This document shows positions 26,832 through 37,965 of a stretch of 64,000 nucleotides of DNA, one piece after another. How positions within the stretch are numbered: position 1 is the first letter of the stretch; every line of letters begins with the position of its first letter. This DNA comes from Protoeuglena noctilucae (taxonomy: Eukaryota). Where the stretch lies: assembly GCA_958009085.1 (NCBI GenBank), contig OY253672.1:558001-622000 (forward strand). The letters are read 5' to 3'. The position numbers and the translations under genes were made by a program. Under the pieces are notes generated by a model, which worked only from the letters and a program-made list of their open reading frames with translations, had not been told where the DNA came from and did no database searches.

Positions 26832-27692
26832 TCACTTGCTGGGGGCTCCCACCCTCGGGTGGTGCGCGAACCACTTCCCTGGAAGCGGTGCGTTCGTCAG
26901 CGGGTCCTTGCTGTCCTTATCAGTGCCCCACTGCAGGTGCGGGAGCAAGAGCGAGCCATGAATCGTGGTAGTGGCCAGACACGACGTCGGCCGTGGCTGG
27001 CAGCCGTAGCGACGGCTGCGAATGCTGCACGGCAACCCTTGAGTGTGCGAGACGCGCCACACCTGCCGCTGCCCACACCCAGCGCTTGCGTGAGCAAGCC
27101 ACACCCACCTGCATGCCGTTCAGCACGGGGTCGTAGGGGCTCGTGGCCCACTCCTTCATCGTGTCCGCGAACTCGCCGTAAGACCTGCGCGCAGTACAGC
27201 CAGGGATGACGGTCATTCCCGGGCTTGCTCATGCAAACGGAACGATCAAGCGACGTCGCGGACCCGTGGCGCAGCTCTGCGGTGTGCACGCGCCGCATCG
27301 CGACGCGACTCACCGCCGGTAGGTCTCCCGCTCCTCCACAATGTTGGGGACAGCACGCGCGTAGACGATGCTAGTCCAGGACGCCCTGCGGGATCGAGTG
27401 AGCAGCGTGTGAATGAAGGCACGGGGCAAGGCCCCAGCGTGAAGCTAGCGGCGGGTCCGGAGTCACTATCTACTGCGTGCAGGTCGCCCCCTGGCGGCCC
27501 AGCGTCGGGGCGTGGCCTGCCATTGCTGCGGCGCCCATCTCACCTCTTGTGGGCCCTCTCCTCGACCTCCTGCAGGCAAACGCGCGTGGTGGCGTCCAGA
27601 CGCTCCCACTCCGCGGGGTAGCCGGGGAATTTCTCGTTCCAGTACCGCGTCACGGACGGGAACATCCAGCGCAGGGTCTCCGCCACGCCCAT
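26832..27692 (-). CDS. Small hypothetical protein (~130 aa), 4 exons; mostly absent from the ORF track
   Basis: MGVAETLRWMFPSVTRYWNEKFPGYPAEWERLD...AHKR|ASWTSIVYARAVPNIVEERETYRR|SYGEFADTMKEWATSPYDPVLNGMQ|WGTDKDSKDPLTNAPLPGKWFAHHPRVGAPSK*. All three introns are GT-AG and phase-compatible. Confidence 0.7.
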
Positions 27693-28041
27693 CGCGCCCT
27701 CCTCCCCTCCCCGACGCCTAGCGGCTTAGATTCGCTTGCAGGCGTAGGCGAGCCACGCCGCGGACGTCCGCGAGCTCAGGAAAGGCGGGACAGGCGACCC
27801 TGCGGTCCGACCGGGCGTGATCGAGCGATGCAGACGAGCGGAAGGTCGGATTTCGGAAGTTCTGTCCCGGGACGGGCACGGCCAGTGCCGAACGGGAGCT
27901 CGCCAACTGACCGGCAGTGACACCGCCAGTGTTTTCATGCCCTTCGAAATAATCGGCCAACAGCGCCCGCCTCGAGTTGTCGAGCTCAAGACACGCCCAG
28001 CAGAGCCGCCGGTCGCCCGGGGAAGGCCCACCCATGGCGCG

Positions 28042-28648
28042 ATGGCCGAGGACGGGCAGTCGTCCTCCGCAAGGCTCGATCCCAAGAGTGAGCGGTGCTC
28101 ACGGCCTGGCTCGATGCAGATGGGCACAACACAAGTCTCTGCATTAATGACGCTGGCACGATGCGTCGCCTGCAGCTTTGACGTGGACGCTCGTCGGCTT
28201 CGGCTCGCTCGCCGCGGCGGTCAGCTTCATCACCTTCCGCCGCACCGTCAACACGGCCCTCACACAGACGGTCCGCAAAGCCAACAACCGTTTGTTCCTG
28301 CTCTCCACCGCCCTAGCCCTGGGCACGCTCGGGCCAGGTTCTATTCGCCTCGGTACGTCGCCACGAGAGCCCTGCTGCGCCCCACCTCCTGGCTGATGGC
28401 GCAGTCCACGAATCTCTCGCCCCGCCGCTGTCGCAGTGTCGCCGGCGTTCGAGGGATCGCTGCTGCACCGCCCAGAGTACGAGGGGCTCACCCCCGAGGA
28501 GGCGGCCGAGCGCCAGGCTCAGAAGGAGCAGCGGCTGCGGGAGCTGCGGGCACTGGCCGAGCAGGAGCTGCGGCGGAGAGATGACGTCCCCATGACCATT
28601 TTCTGGAGAGGCTCCTCGGGGAACCACGAGCGCAGGGACGGTGAATGA
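28042..28648 (+). CDS. Small hypothetical membrane protein, 3 exons
   Basis: MAEDGQSSSARLDPK|TLTWTLVGFGSLAAAVSFITF...LFLLSTALALGTLGPGSIRL|VSPAFEG... It has two hydrophobic segments, a short coiled coil and phase-compatible GT-AG introns. Confidence 0.65.
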
Positions 28649-28816
28649 GGCCAGCTGGCCGTGCACCAAGCGGCCCGTTGTTGCAGATAGAAGCAACTCG
28701 CAACGTACTCTTCGATTGCATTCAAACATACAGTGCGCCTTATGCTCTTCAGTGCGCCCTGCCCATAGTTGGGCTGTGCCTCGAGAGCAGAGTCTAGACC
28801 GCGCTGCGCCCGACAC

Positions 28817-31800
28817 CTAGGACGGATTGGGCTTGTTGAAGCCCTTGAGTATCGCCTTGGGGAGCTTCAGCTTGAGCGGGCCAGCGCTCGTCACCCCCTG
28901 GGCCCCCTCGTCCGAAGCGCGAGCCTCCTTGGGCGCTGCTCCAGGGGCCGTGGGAGCTTGCGCCGGGGCTGGCGGTGCAGCGGCTGCCGGTGCGGCAGCT
29001 GGTGGTGCAGGGGCTGCCCGGACGACAGGCAACTTGACCTTCAGTCCACCCACGGCGGGCCGAGGCGCGGCACCTGCCCCGGCGGCGGCAGGTGCGGTCC
29101 GGGCCACGGCTGCGGCGGTGGGTCCGGGCCCCGCACCCGCCCCGGCTGGCCCACTCTGCGTGGCGGGTGTCATGACGGGCGGCGCAGCAGCTGGCACCGA
29201 TGAAGGGCGGGGCTCGGCGGCGCCCGCTGGCGCACCGGGGCTGCCCTTCGCGGGCGGCGGCCCAGCCTGGCGGACACCACCGCCGAGGGACGACCCTGCC
29301 GGCTGCGCCTTGTTTGCCGCCTCCTGCCCCGGGACCCTCCGCACAGCGACGTGCTTCGGGGCCGAGCCGGGCGGCGCGCCCTTGGGTGCAACGGGGGGTC
29401 CACGGCTCGCGGCGGCAGCGCCCGCTTTGGCTGGGGCCGCGCTGGGCGGTGGGGTCGGGGCCCGGGAGGTCCCTGGGGATGGCGACGGTGTGGCCTTCCC
29501 TGTGAGCTGTGCCACTTGTGTGGGTGCCTTCTTTGCATCTGAGGAAGCAGGAGATGGGCCCTTGGCTCCGCTCGGCGGTGTCTTGGCCTTGCCGTCTCGA
29601 GAGCCCGACGGCGGCGTGCCCTTGTTTGGCAAGGGAGGCGTCTTGACCCTCGGTGCGTCGCCGGAGGTGGACGGCGGGGGTTTGGCCGCAGCCGCTGGCC
29701 CAGACGCGGCAACGCGTGGTCCCGCGGGAGGCGGCGTGCCAACGCGTTGCTTGGCGAGAGGCGGGGTGCCACTGCGCGGCCCCGCGGTTGGTGGCGTGCC
29801 GCTGCGAGGCGGGGGCGTCATCGAGCGCCGCGGAGCTGCAGCCGCAGTGTTCCCCTGCCCTGCCGCAGGCGCCCCGCTCGCCGGCCTCGCACCGACTTTG
29901 GGAGCTGACACAGACCGCGCCGGCGCCGCGGCCTGGGCAGCGTCGGGGGCTGTGGTGGTGCCGCGGACGCCGCTCGGCCCAGCCTCCGCACCACCCGCAC
30001 CCGCTGTGGCCACCCCGACCCCGACCTTCCCCAGAGACGAGAGGTTGAAGGCCCCTTGCAGACGGATCCTGCTGATGGCCAGCTTCCTCTGACCACCGGC
30101 TGCCAGGGCAGGGGACCACCCCAGGGCCTGTTGCTCACGGGCCACGTCGGGACGGTACAGCGTGGGGGGCTTCCCGGCCATGCTCTGCGGGTGGGGCAAT
30201 TGGCAGGGTTCTTGTTAACAAGCATGAGATTCGACGAGGTGAGAGTGGGATGTAGTCGCATCGCTGTGCTGATAGCGACCACGCCCTCGCCGCCATCAGG
30301 AGTGTGGACACCCAGCTGGCGGCCGCGAGCAATGCGCTCAGCGCAGGAGCTCGCCTGGACGAGGCAGAAGGCCGCGTGGCGCACGGCTGGGTCTTGGCTG
30401 CCCGCCATGACGGCATATGCCATGGCAGCCGTCTCTGGCGTCACCCCGGGCGCCGTGTCTGGCCGGGACTCCGCCTGCGCCTGGGCCTCGGCGATCCTCG
30501 CGCTCCGGGCCGGGCGCGGCGGGAGGCCTGACCCGGGCACAGCGCAGCCCCAGGCGTCGTGCACGAGCGCCATGGCGCAGTCGAGCGCGCCGAGCTGGAA
30601 GCCCACACAGGAGTCCGACTGCGGGCGAGGGCGGAGTTGAGGGCGGTGATGCAACCGGGTGTGCCGCAGGGGTTGCTGTGTGTGTTGGGCCAGTTGTGCC
30701 ATCGGTACAATGCGCAACGCAGCCGTGGGGTTCGAAACTGTCCCCTCCCGCCACATTCTGGCAGCTCAGCCCCACGCATAGTGTCCCACGCATCCCACCT
30801 GCACCAGAGAGAGCAGCTGCCTCAGCCCCTCATCCACGCCGCCCCGTGCCACCCCGAGGTCCGCCAGACACTCGGCCGCCGCCAGCCGCACGCCCTCTCC
30901 CCAAGCAGCGCCCAGGTATGGTTGCAGGAGCCTCTCCACGGCGTCTGGGCCCACGAGCGGCGATCGCAGCGACAGGGCCAGCGAGGTCAGCGCACGCAGG
31001 GCCGCCTGCGTGGGTGGGGTGCGGATGGGCACATGTAAGGGAAGTTGCCGTCAGCAATGCTCTGTCGAGCATAGGGAACCAATCATAGGACCAAGCAACC
31101 AAGCATAGGGCACCGAGCGTGAGTGTATGAATGGTGCCGTCCGCGTCGCTGCCAATGCCACCAACACACAGCAGGTGGCTTCCGCGTCCCTCCCTCGCCT
31201 GAGTCAGCGCGTGCTCCGGGGAGGGCATGACCCAGTCGACCTGGATCTGGCGGTGCAGCTCCCGCACCACCCGCCCCAGCATGGGCCCCACGGGGCGGGC
31301 TAAACCCAGGGCCTCCACGAACGCCGCCCGCAGCCGCGAGGCGTCGTGCGGGACCCCCACGGCGTCGCCCTCTGCCAGAATGTGCAGCACGGCCTCGATC
31401 GCCTCGTCGGGAGACTCCCCGCGCCCGTCCCGGAAGCAGGCCAGGGCACCGGGGGCCGCCTTGAGGACGAAATACTCGGAAAAGTCCGCGAAGACCTTGC
31501 GCAGGGCGCCGCCGGGGCAGGCGCGGTGCAGCAAGTCGAGCACGTCCGTGAGCGCCCGGCCTTCGTGCCCGGACGCCCGGGCGAGGGCCTCGGCTTCGGG
31601 CAGGCGCCGCAGCGCGCACAGGCGGACGCGGTAGAAGAGATCCGGGCTCGCGGCGGCCCGGGAGAGGCTCTGCAGGACGGCCGCGCGGGTGCGTGGGCAG
31701 GGCTCCTCCCGCGCCAGAGCGACCAGCGTTTCTGCGGCCCTCCACTGCGCGGCCGCCAGCCGCGAGTGGTGCAGCTGCTCGTCCAAGCATCTCAGCGTGT

Positions 31801-34800
31801 CATCCAGCGTGCCGATGCCCTCCAAGCGAAAGTCCGCGAGCCACTGCAGGTCCGGATCGAGCGCCACCCACCTGAGCGGCAGGGGCGGCTCAGGCGCTGG
31901 GCCGTCCTCCCCGTCCCGCGGCTTGCGCTGCCTCTTCCGCATCCCCGGCCGCCGGCTGCGGCACTCGATGAACTCGCACACCGCCGGGCTGTCGCCCAGC
32001 GGCACGGACCGCTCGTTGGGGCCGTCCGTCTCGTGCAACACGATGCGGAGGGTGCCGATGCCGCCGCCCTCCTGAGACGCAGCTTGGGAGGAGATCTGCG
32101 GGCGAGAGGCGCGGGGAGTGCTCAAGTGACGGCGCCGGACACTTCAACGGTGGGTTTTGTGCAGACGGTCAGCACCACCGCACCACCCGCACCAACGCTA
32201 AGCGTCGAGCCCGCACCGGCGGTACGAGGCAGCAATCGCCGAGGTGCTTTTACCAGGCTTTGGTCCCGCGCGCGAGCGCACCTGTGCGATGGGCGTGCCC
32301 CTCTGCTCCAGTGCCAACACGAAGACGTGGTCTTTGGAGAGATATCGCAAACCCCATCGTACCACGGGCGCCCCTCGGCCATGCACCCATCGCTTGGCCA
32401 GAGCCCTGTCCAGCCGCTTCTCCCCCATCTGCGGTCGCGTCGCAGGCACACATGCAGCAGCGGTGCGGGGAGGCACGCACAACGTGCATCAAGAGCAGAG
32501 ACGTCTAAAGCACGTTGGTCGGCGACGCCACACACGACCACGACTGATAGAAATAGAGCCCAGCTGGCACTCGCCTGCCCCACGAGCATACGCAGGAGCT
32601 TCTTGGTGTCCAGCCGGCGCCCCTTGCCCCCCTTGCTCGCCGCCGCGTGCCGCAGCTTGGACTGAAACGCCTTGCGCGCCTCCTCCTTCCCCACCCGACG
32701 CGCCAGCATCGTCACTACCGCCTCTGCCTTGTAGTCCAGCACACCCTCCCCGAGACACTCCAGTCCCCGCAAATCGGATCCCCAGTCTCTCTCCCACGGA
32801 GTCAACACCCTCGCACGGCCCGACGCCCCCGCCCCCGCCCCCGCCCCCGTCCCCGCCGCCGACGGTCCCGCCACGTCGCCCCCCGCAAGCGCTCCGGTCC
32901 TAGCGTCACTTGGCCCCGCCCCCGCGCCAGGTGTGGCCCCCGGCTCTCCAGCACCGGCGCCCTTGTCTGCGCCCTGCCCCGCCCCGCTGGTCCCCGCCGC
33001 GCCTGCCTCCTTGCCCTTCTCGCCCGCGCCGTCCTTGCCGGCATCCTTGCCCCCAACGACGGGCCTCAAATGCGCGAAGGGCCCAAAGGGCGAGTGGAGG
33101 GGCGGCACTGTCCCAAGCACGTCTGCCTCCACGGCCGCCCTCCGCTGCTCGAGCGCCCTCGCTTCCGCCTCGTTGTCTCCGACGATGCGCGCCAGGAGCA
33201 CCGTCCGCAGATACCGCGCGCACCCCACGGCGGCCCAACGGGTCGGGTGGTGCGCGGCAGCTGCGGGGCTCTTGGAGTAGGCGTGCATGAAGACGCCGAA
33301 CCACTGCTGCGACACGGCGAGCGCGAGGGCCGCCGCGCACTCGACGAAATCCTCCACCACTGCGTGCCAGGGGCGTGAGGGGCGGCGTGTCAGCGACCGT
33401 CACGTCAGAGCCTTGGAACAAAAGCAGACGCATGCTATCGCGCGGCAGCGACGAGCAGGGTAGCGGAGGTGTCAATTAGAACAATGCAGCGGAGTCCGCA
33501 CCCTGTGTTCCTGTGGCCCAGTCCTCCGGAAGGACAGCCAGTCCGTAGAGCAGCCGGCCTTGGGACGCCGTGCCGCACAGGCACCCGCGGGGCACGAAGA
33601 CGGCCGACAGGGCGTCGACGGGCAGCGGGCACGCGAGGTGGGTCTCAACGTGGTGGATGAGGGCTCCCAGCGTGTGGGCGGCGTGGGCCGTCCCGGCGTG
33701 GCGCTCCGGGCGGGCCAGGACGTGCGCCTGGGCGAGGCCCAGCACGCGTGGCCACGTCTGGAAAGCCTCGTGGCGACGCAAGTTGGGCGGCAGGTCCCGC
33801 AGAGCCACAGGTCGCGCCTGCCAGGGCCCCACGACCACCGCCAGGGTCTCGGCAGGGACGGCCATGGTCGGGGCGAAGGCCACGCGCCACGCGCGGCCGA
33901 TCCCGGGAATCTCCTCCGCCCGCCGCTCCAGAGGCCTGCCGGGCCCCACCGCCAGGTACCCATCGGGGACCACGGCCGCCAGCGTGTGGGGCGCCATGGC
34001 GCCGGGGGAGTCGACGCAGGGCAGCCAGGTGCGCGTGCGGTGCACCCCGAGCGCCGTGCACCCGCACCGCTGCGACCAGAGCACCCCGCCTGGCCCAACC
34101 TCGTACCGCACCACCACCTCAAGCAAGGGTCCTGCTTGCCCCGCACCGTCCGCCGCCTCGCGTCGCGCCCGCGCGCCCGCGTCCTCATAGTCCGATCCCT
34201 CCTCGGACCCGTCATCGTCGCCGCTGTCATCTTCCGCGTCCGCCCCGCGCCCTGCCCAGCGCCCCGCCCCTGGACCGGACCCGCCCGCCCCCACAGCGAT
34301 GAGCAGGTCGAGCCGCTCCATCTCCGCGCGCCGCAGCTCCCAGTAAGCGCGCTCTGCGTCCTTCGCGACCGCCTGGACGGTCCCGGAGGGCGCCGGCCGG
34401 GCAATCTCGAGGCGCGGCAAGAGGGTGAAGGCCACCGGGGCACCGCCGACCTCCACTGCGACGGCAGGGCGGGAGACGTGAGCGGAGAGTCGCAGTGTGC
34501 ATGGATGTTGCGAAACCTGCGCGGCGAATGCCCGAGGAGCTACGCCGGGGACGCCAGGCGACTTGCCCGAGCAAGAACAGTTACCTGAGGTCACATTCGC
34601 CGCACAGTGCAGGCCCAGGACCGCGCTGGGGTTCCGCACGACGATCTTCGTCGTACCTAGACATCGCTGCCTGTCCGGGTCGAAGAGGAGCACCGTGCTC
34701 TGCTCCTGGACGCTGGCGACCTCGGCTGCAGCGAGGGGATGGCAGAGCGAGGCGCATGGATCCCCGAGACCGGGCACACCGAACGCAATTGCAACTACGC

Positions 34801-34884
34801 CCATAGATGATGCTGTGCAGGTGGATAGGAGACGGCTCGCGCGCCCCCACCTTCCTCCAGGCGTGGTCCCGCTGCCAGCGTCAT
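28817..34884 (-). CDS. TAF2: TFIID subunit TAF2 (inactive aminopeptidase fold) with a long P/A/G/K-rich tail
   Basis: LGLHC, RTWLPCVDSP, QQWFGVFM, KRWVHGRGAP, LRWVALDPDLQWLA, AAAQWRAA, LFYRVR, FADFSEYFVLKAAP and FCLVQ|SMAGKPPTLY. The start codon is approximate. Confidence 0.9.
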
Positions 34885-35337
34885 GGAACGCAGTGATGTG
34901 ACCCCAGCGGCACCATCTAAGCCCTGCAGTTCACGTGCTCCTTAGCCAGACTTGCTAGGCTCTTGGAGGTGGCACGAGCGTGGTGAACGTGTCCCTGTGG
35001 GCTGCTAGGCTGCTAATAGCTGGGTGTACGGGGCACGATGTGAACAAGGATGCTCACTTGATCAACACCAAGTGCCATTAATGCTGGATATACGCCCTGG
35101 CATGCAACACTTGCTTGGCGAGCCGCCCTCGTCAGTTCCACTCGCTGACTTGGGCCTCTCTTCGCACGCCCTGGCCCCAGAACTGCCCACCGATCGGACG
35201 TTCTTGCAATGTGACGGGAGTAGGGTGCGAGGGTGTCTTTTATCTGCAGTGGGAGCAAAGTTGCTCGTTGTACCGACAGCAGCGGTGACCTGCGAGGTCG
35301 GAGATAGCTGCATGTCGACATGATACCTACACCCAAC

Positions 35338-37651
35338 ATGTCGGGAGGCTTCCCAGCCCTGGGCCAGGGGACTGCAGGGGACTTCACGTCCCCGGCCAGT
35401 CACCAGGGCGCAGCAGGGCCGCAGCGCACGCCGCAAACCTCCGAGGACATGAACGGGTTTGATGTGGAGCTTATGGCGGATCTCGTTGCGGAGGACACGT
35501 TCGAACTCAGGCCCCTCCAGGCGAGATCCAGCTGTGCGTGTCGTGCCGAGTTGGCCGGGGCTCTGGCGCGCGCCTGGGGCACGATGGCGCCCACCGCTGA
35601 GAAGTGCTGTTTCCCTGTTTGTAACTGCAGCAACCGACGCTGGAGAAGCGTGCGCGGGTGACGCACTCGACGGTGACGGCCCTCCCGACGGAGGGGAAGG
35701 TCGTCCTCAACCTCTCCGCGGGACAGCCCCTGTGTCGGCCGGACTGGCTTCAAGACAAGTGCAAGCCGCACCCGTTGAGACCCGCGTCCGTGCCGTGGGC
35801 CGCCGCGGACGACCCCGCCGGGCGCGCTCGGCACGATGCGTCCCCGAGCGAGCCTCCGGTCTGCTCGCTGTGGTTTCGGACGGACCGCATCCACGAGATC
35901 GAGAGGGAGTTTTTACCGGACATGTTCAGCAAGGCCTTCCCGCACCGCACGCCCGAGGACTACGTCGCGTGCCGGAACGCCATTTTCGAGGCGTGGCGCG
36001 CCGCCCCGCCCGGCACGCGCGTCACCTACACGCATTGTCGGCGCATCTTGGGCCCACAATGCGACGCGGCGTCCCTGCTCCGCGTCTTCCGGTTCCTGGA
36101 GCAGTGGGGCATCATCAATCACCGGGGCCAGGCCCGGCCAGGCCCGGACCGCACCCCTCTGGCCCCGCGCCCGCCGCCGGAGCACGCCACGTCGGCCGGG
36201 GCCATGTCGGAGGTGTTTCAGTTGCCGCCCGTGGCCCCGCACCAGGTGCGCTACGCCCCGACCACCGGCAGCACCGACAGCAGCACGCATCGGACCAAGG
36301 GCGATGCTGCACCCGCGCTGGGGCAGTCGCACTTTGAGTGCTGGGCTCTCGGTATCGACTGCTCGCAACTCCGGTGAGCTCAGCCGCGGCGCCCGCTGAC
36401 CCCACAGCATGCGGCGCGCACCCAGCATCCCACACCAGCAAGACCGTCCCTTTCTGTGGCTCTCCAGGTACCAGTGCACCCGCGTCCCCGACCTGTACCT
36501 GTCCCCGGAGGCGTTCGCCCAAGGCCTCTTCCCCCACGGCACGAATGTGAGGGACTTTGTGCGTGTGGACACTGGTCGGCCCCCGCACCCACCACCTGAG
36601 GACGCATCCCTGCTGAGCGTCGTGCGGGACGGCTGGACGGCCGAGGAGGTGCTGATGCTTCTGGAGGCCATCGAGCGGCACCAGGACGACTGGGAATCCA
36701 TCGCTGCCCACGTGGGGAAGCACCGCACTGGTGAGGGGGCAAGGACTGCAGAGGGCTATCAAGCGAGCCACGGCCGCTTACAAACGATCGCTGCGACCTC
36801 CCTCCACGCAGTGATCGACTGTCTCCGCAAGTTCATCCAGCTGCCCATCGAGGAGGTCCTCGTGGATGACATGGCGGCATCAATGGGGTCCGGTCGGCGA
36901 CTGCTGCGGATGGCACTAGAGGGCGACACGCACGCTCTCGAGTCCTTGCCCTTCGCATCGGCGGGCAACCCCGTGCAGACGCTCGTGGCCTTCCTGACGA
37001 CGGTCGTCGCGCCCGCCGTGGGCGCCGCTGCTGCCCAGGTGCGGCAGAGCCTTTGGGAAAGGGCGGCAGTGCTGCGGGTCTTGCACTGACAGACCATTGT
37101 GTCGCCTGAACAAGACGCTCGGCACAGGCCCGCGCTCATTGCTAGCCAAGCCCGTCGCTCTTCCCAATAGCTGACTCTCTTCACATCCACGCTTCGCAGT
37201 ATGCATTGGATGTGTTGGGCGCCGAGACGGCTGCCCTGCCCAGGGGCGCAGCCGTCCCGCGTATCATCATGCTGCGCGCGTTAGCGCACGCGCTGGTGGC
37301 CGCGTCCGTCAAGGCGCGGCGCCTGCAGTTCCGGACGGAGGTGGAGATGGAGCGTCTGGCACTGAGGGTCGTGGATGTGCAGATGCAGAAGGTCGAGTTC
37401 AAGCTGCAGGCACTGGAGCGACTGGACGGGGCGTGCTCGGGCGAACGACAAGCCGTGCAGGCGCAGTACAAGTGAGCGCGGGCCGCGATGCGCTGGAGGG
37501 CCAGTGCAGGGCGCTGGTCTCAGCCAAACACGGTTCTTGGTCTCCTCTCGACTGCAGGCTGCATATGCAGCAGAGGGAGCAGAAGTACGCGCTGTACAAG
37601 GCTGCGCACGAGAAGCTGCAGGCGTTCCAACAACAGGCCGGCGGGAGTTAG
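35338..37651 (+). CDS. SWI3: SWI/SNF subunit SWI3 (SWIRM, degenerate ZZ, SANT/Myb, coiled coil)
   Basis: SWIRM WFRTDRIHEIEREFLPDMF...RNAI...RVFRFLEQWGIINH; SANT WTAEEVLMLLEAIERHQDDWESIAAHVG; FIQLPIEE; LPFASAGNPVQTLVAFL. Confidence 0.93.
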
Positions 37652-37965
37652 TAGGAGTGGGACCCTTTGTGCTGCTTGCTGCTCTGGACATCCTGACGTG
37701 CCGGCGCCGGACCACGCGCCTGACCTGACGTGCCCAAGACTCGCTCCCCGCGGCGTTGTGTGGGCAACTTTGTTGAATCGTTGTCGTGGCTTCTCGACCA
37801 CTGTGGCTCCAGGGGTATGCATGGTCGGGATGGCGAAGTGACAACAGAAAACGCGACGAGAATCCTCCTCTCGCGATTGGCCTTGGCCTGGCTAGGTGGA
37901 CCGGCGGATGGGAGAGCCCTTGACGCTTTGTTGAGAGCTCGAGCGGGGGGCGGAGGCGGGTCGCG

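Noticed and set aside
28794..30119. Long overlapping ORFs on both strands (421-460 aa)
   Set aside because: These are shadow ORFs from very high GC and low stop density. Only the minus-strand TAF2 tail splices into a conserved gene.
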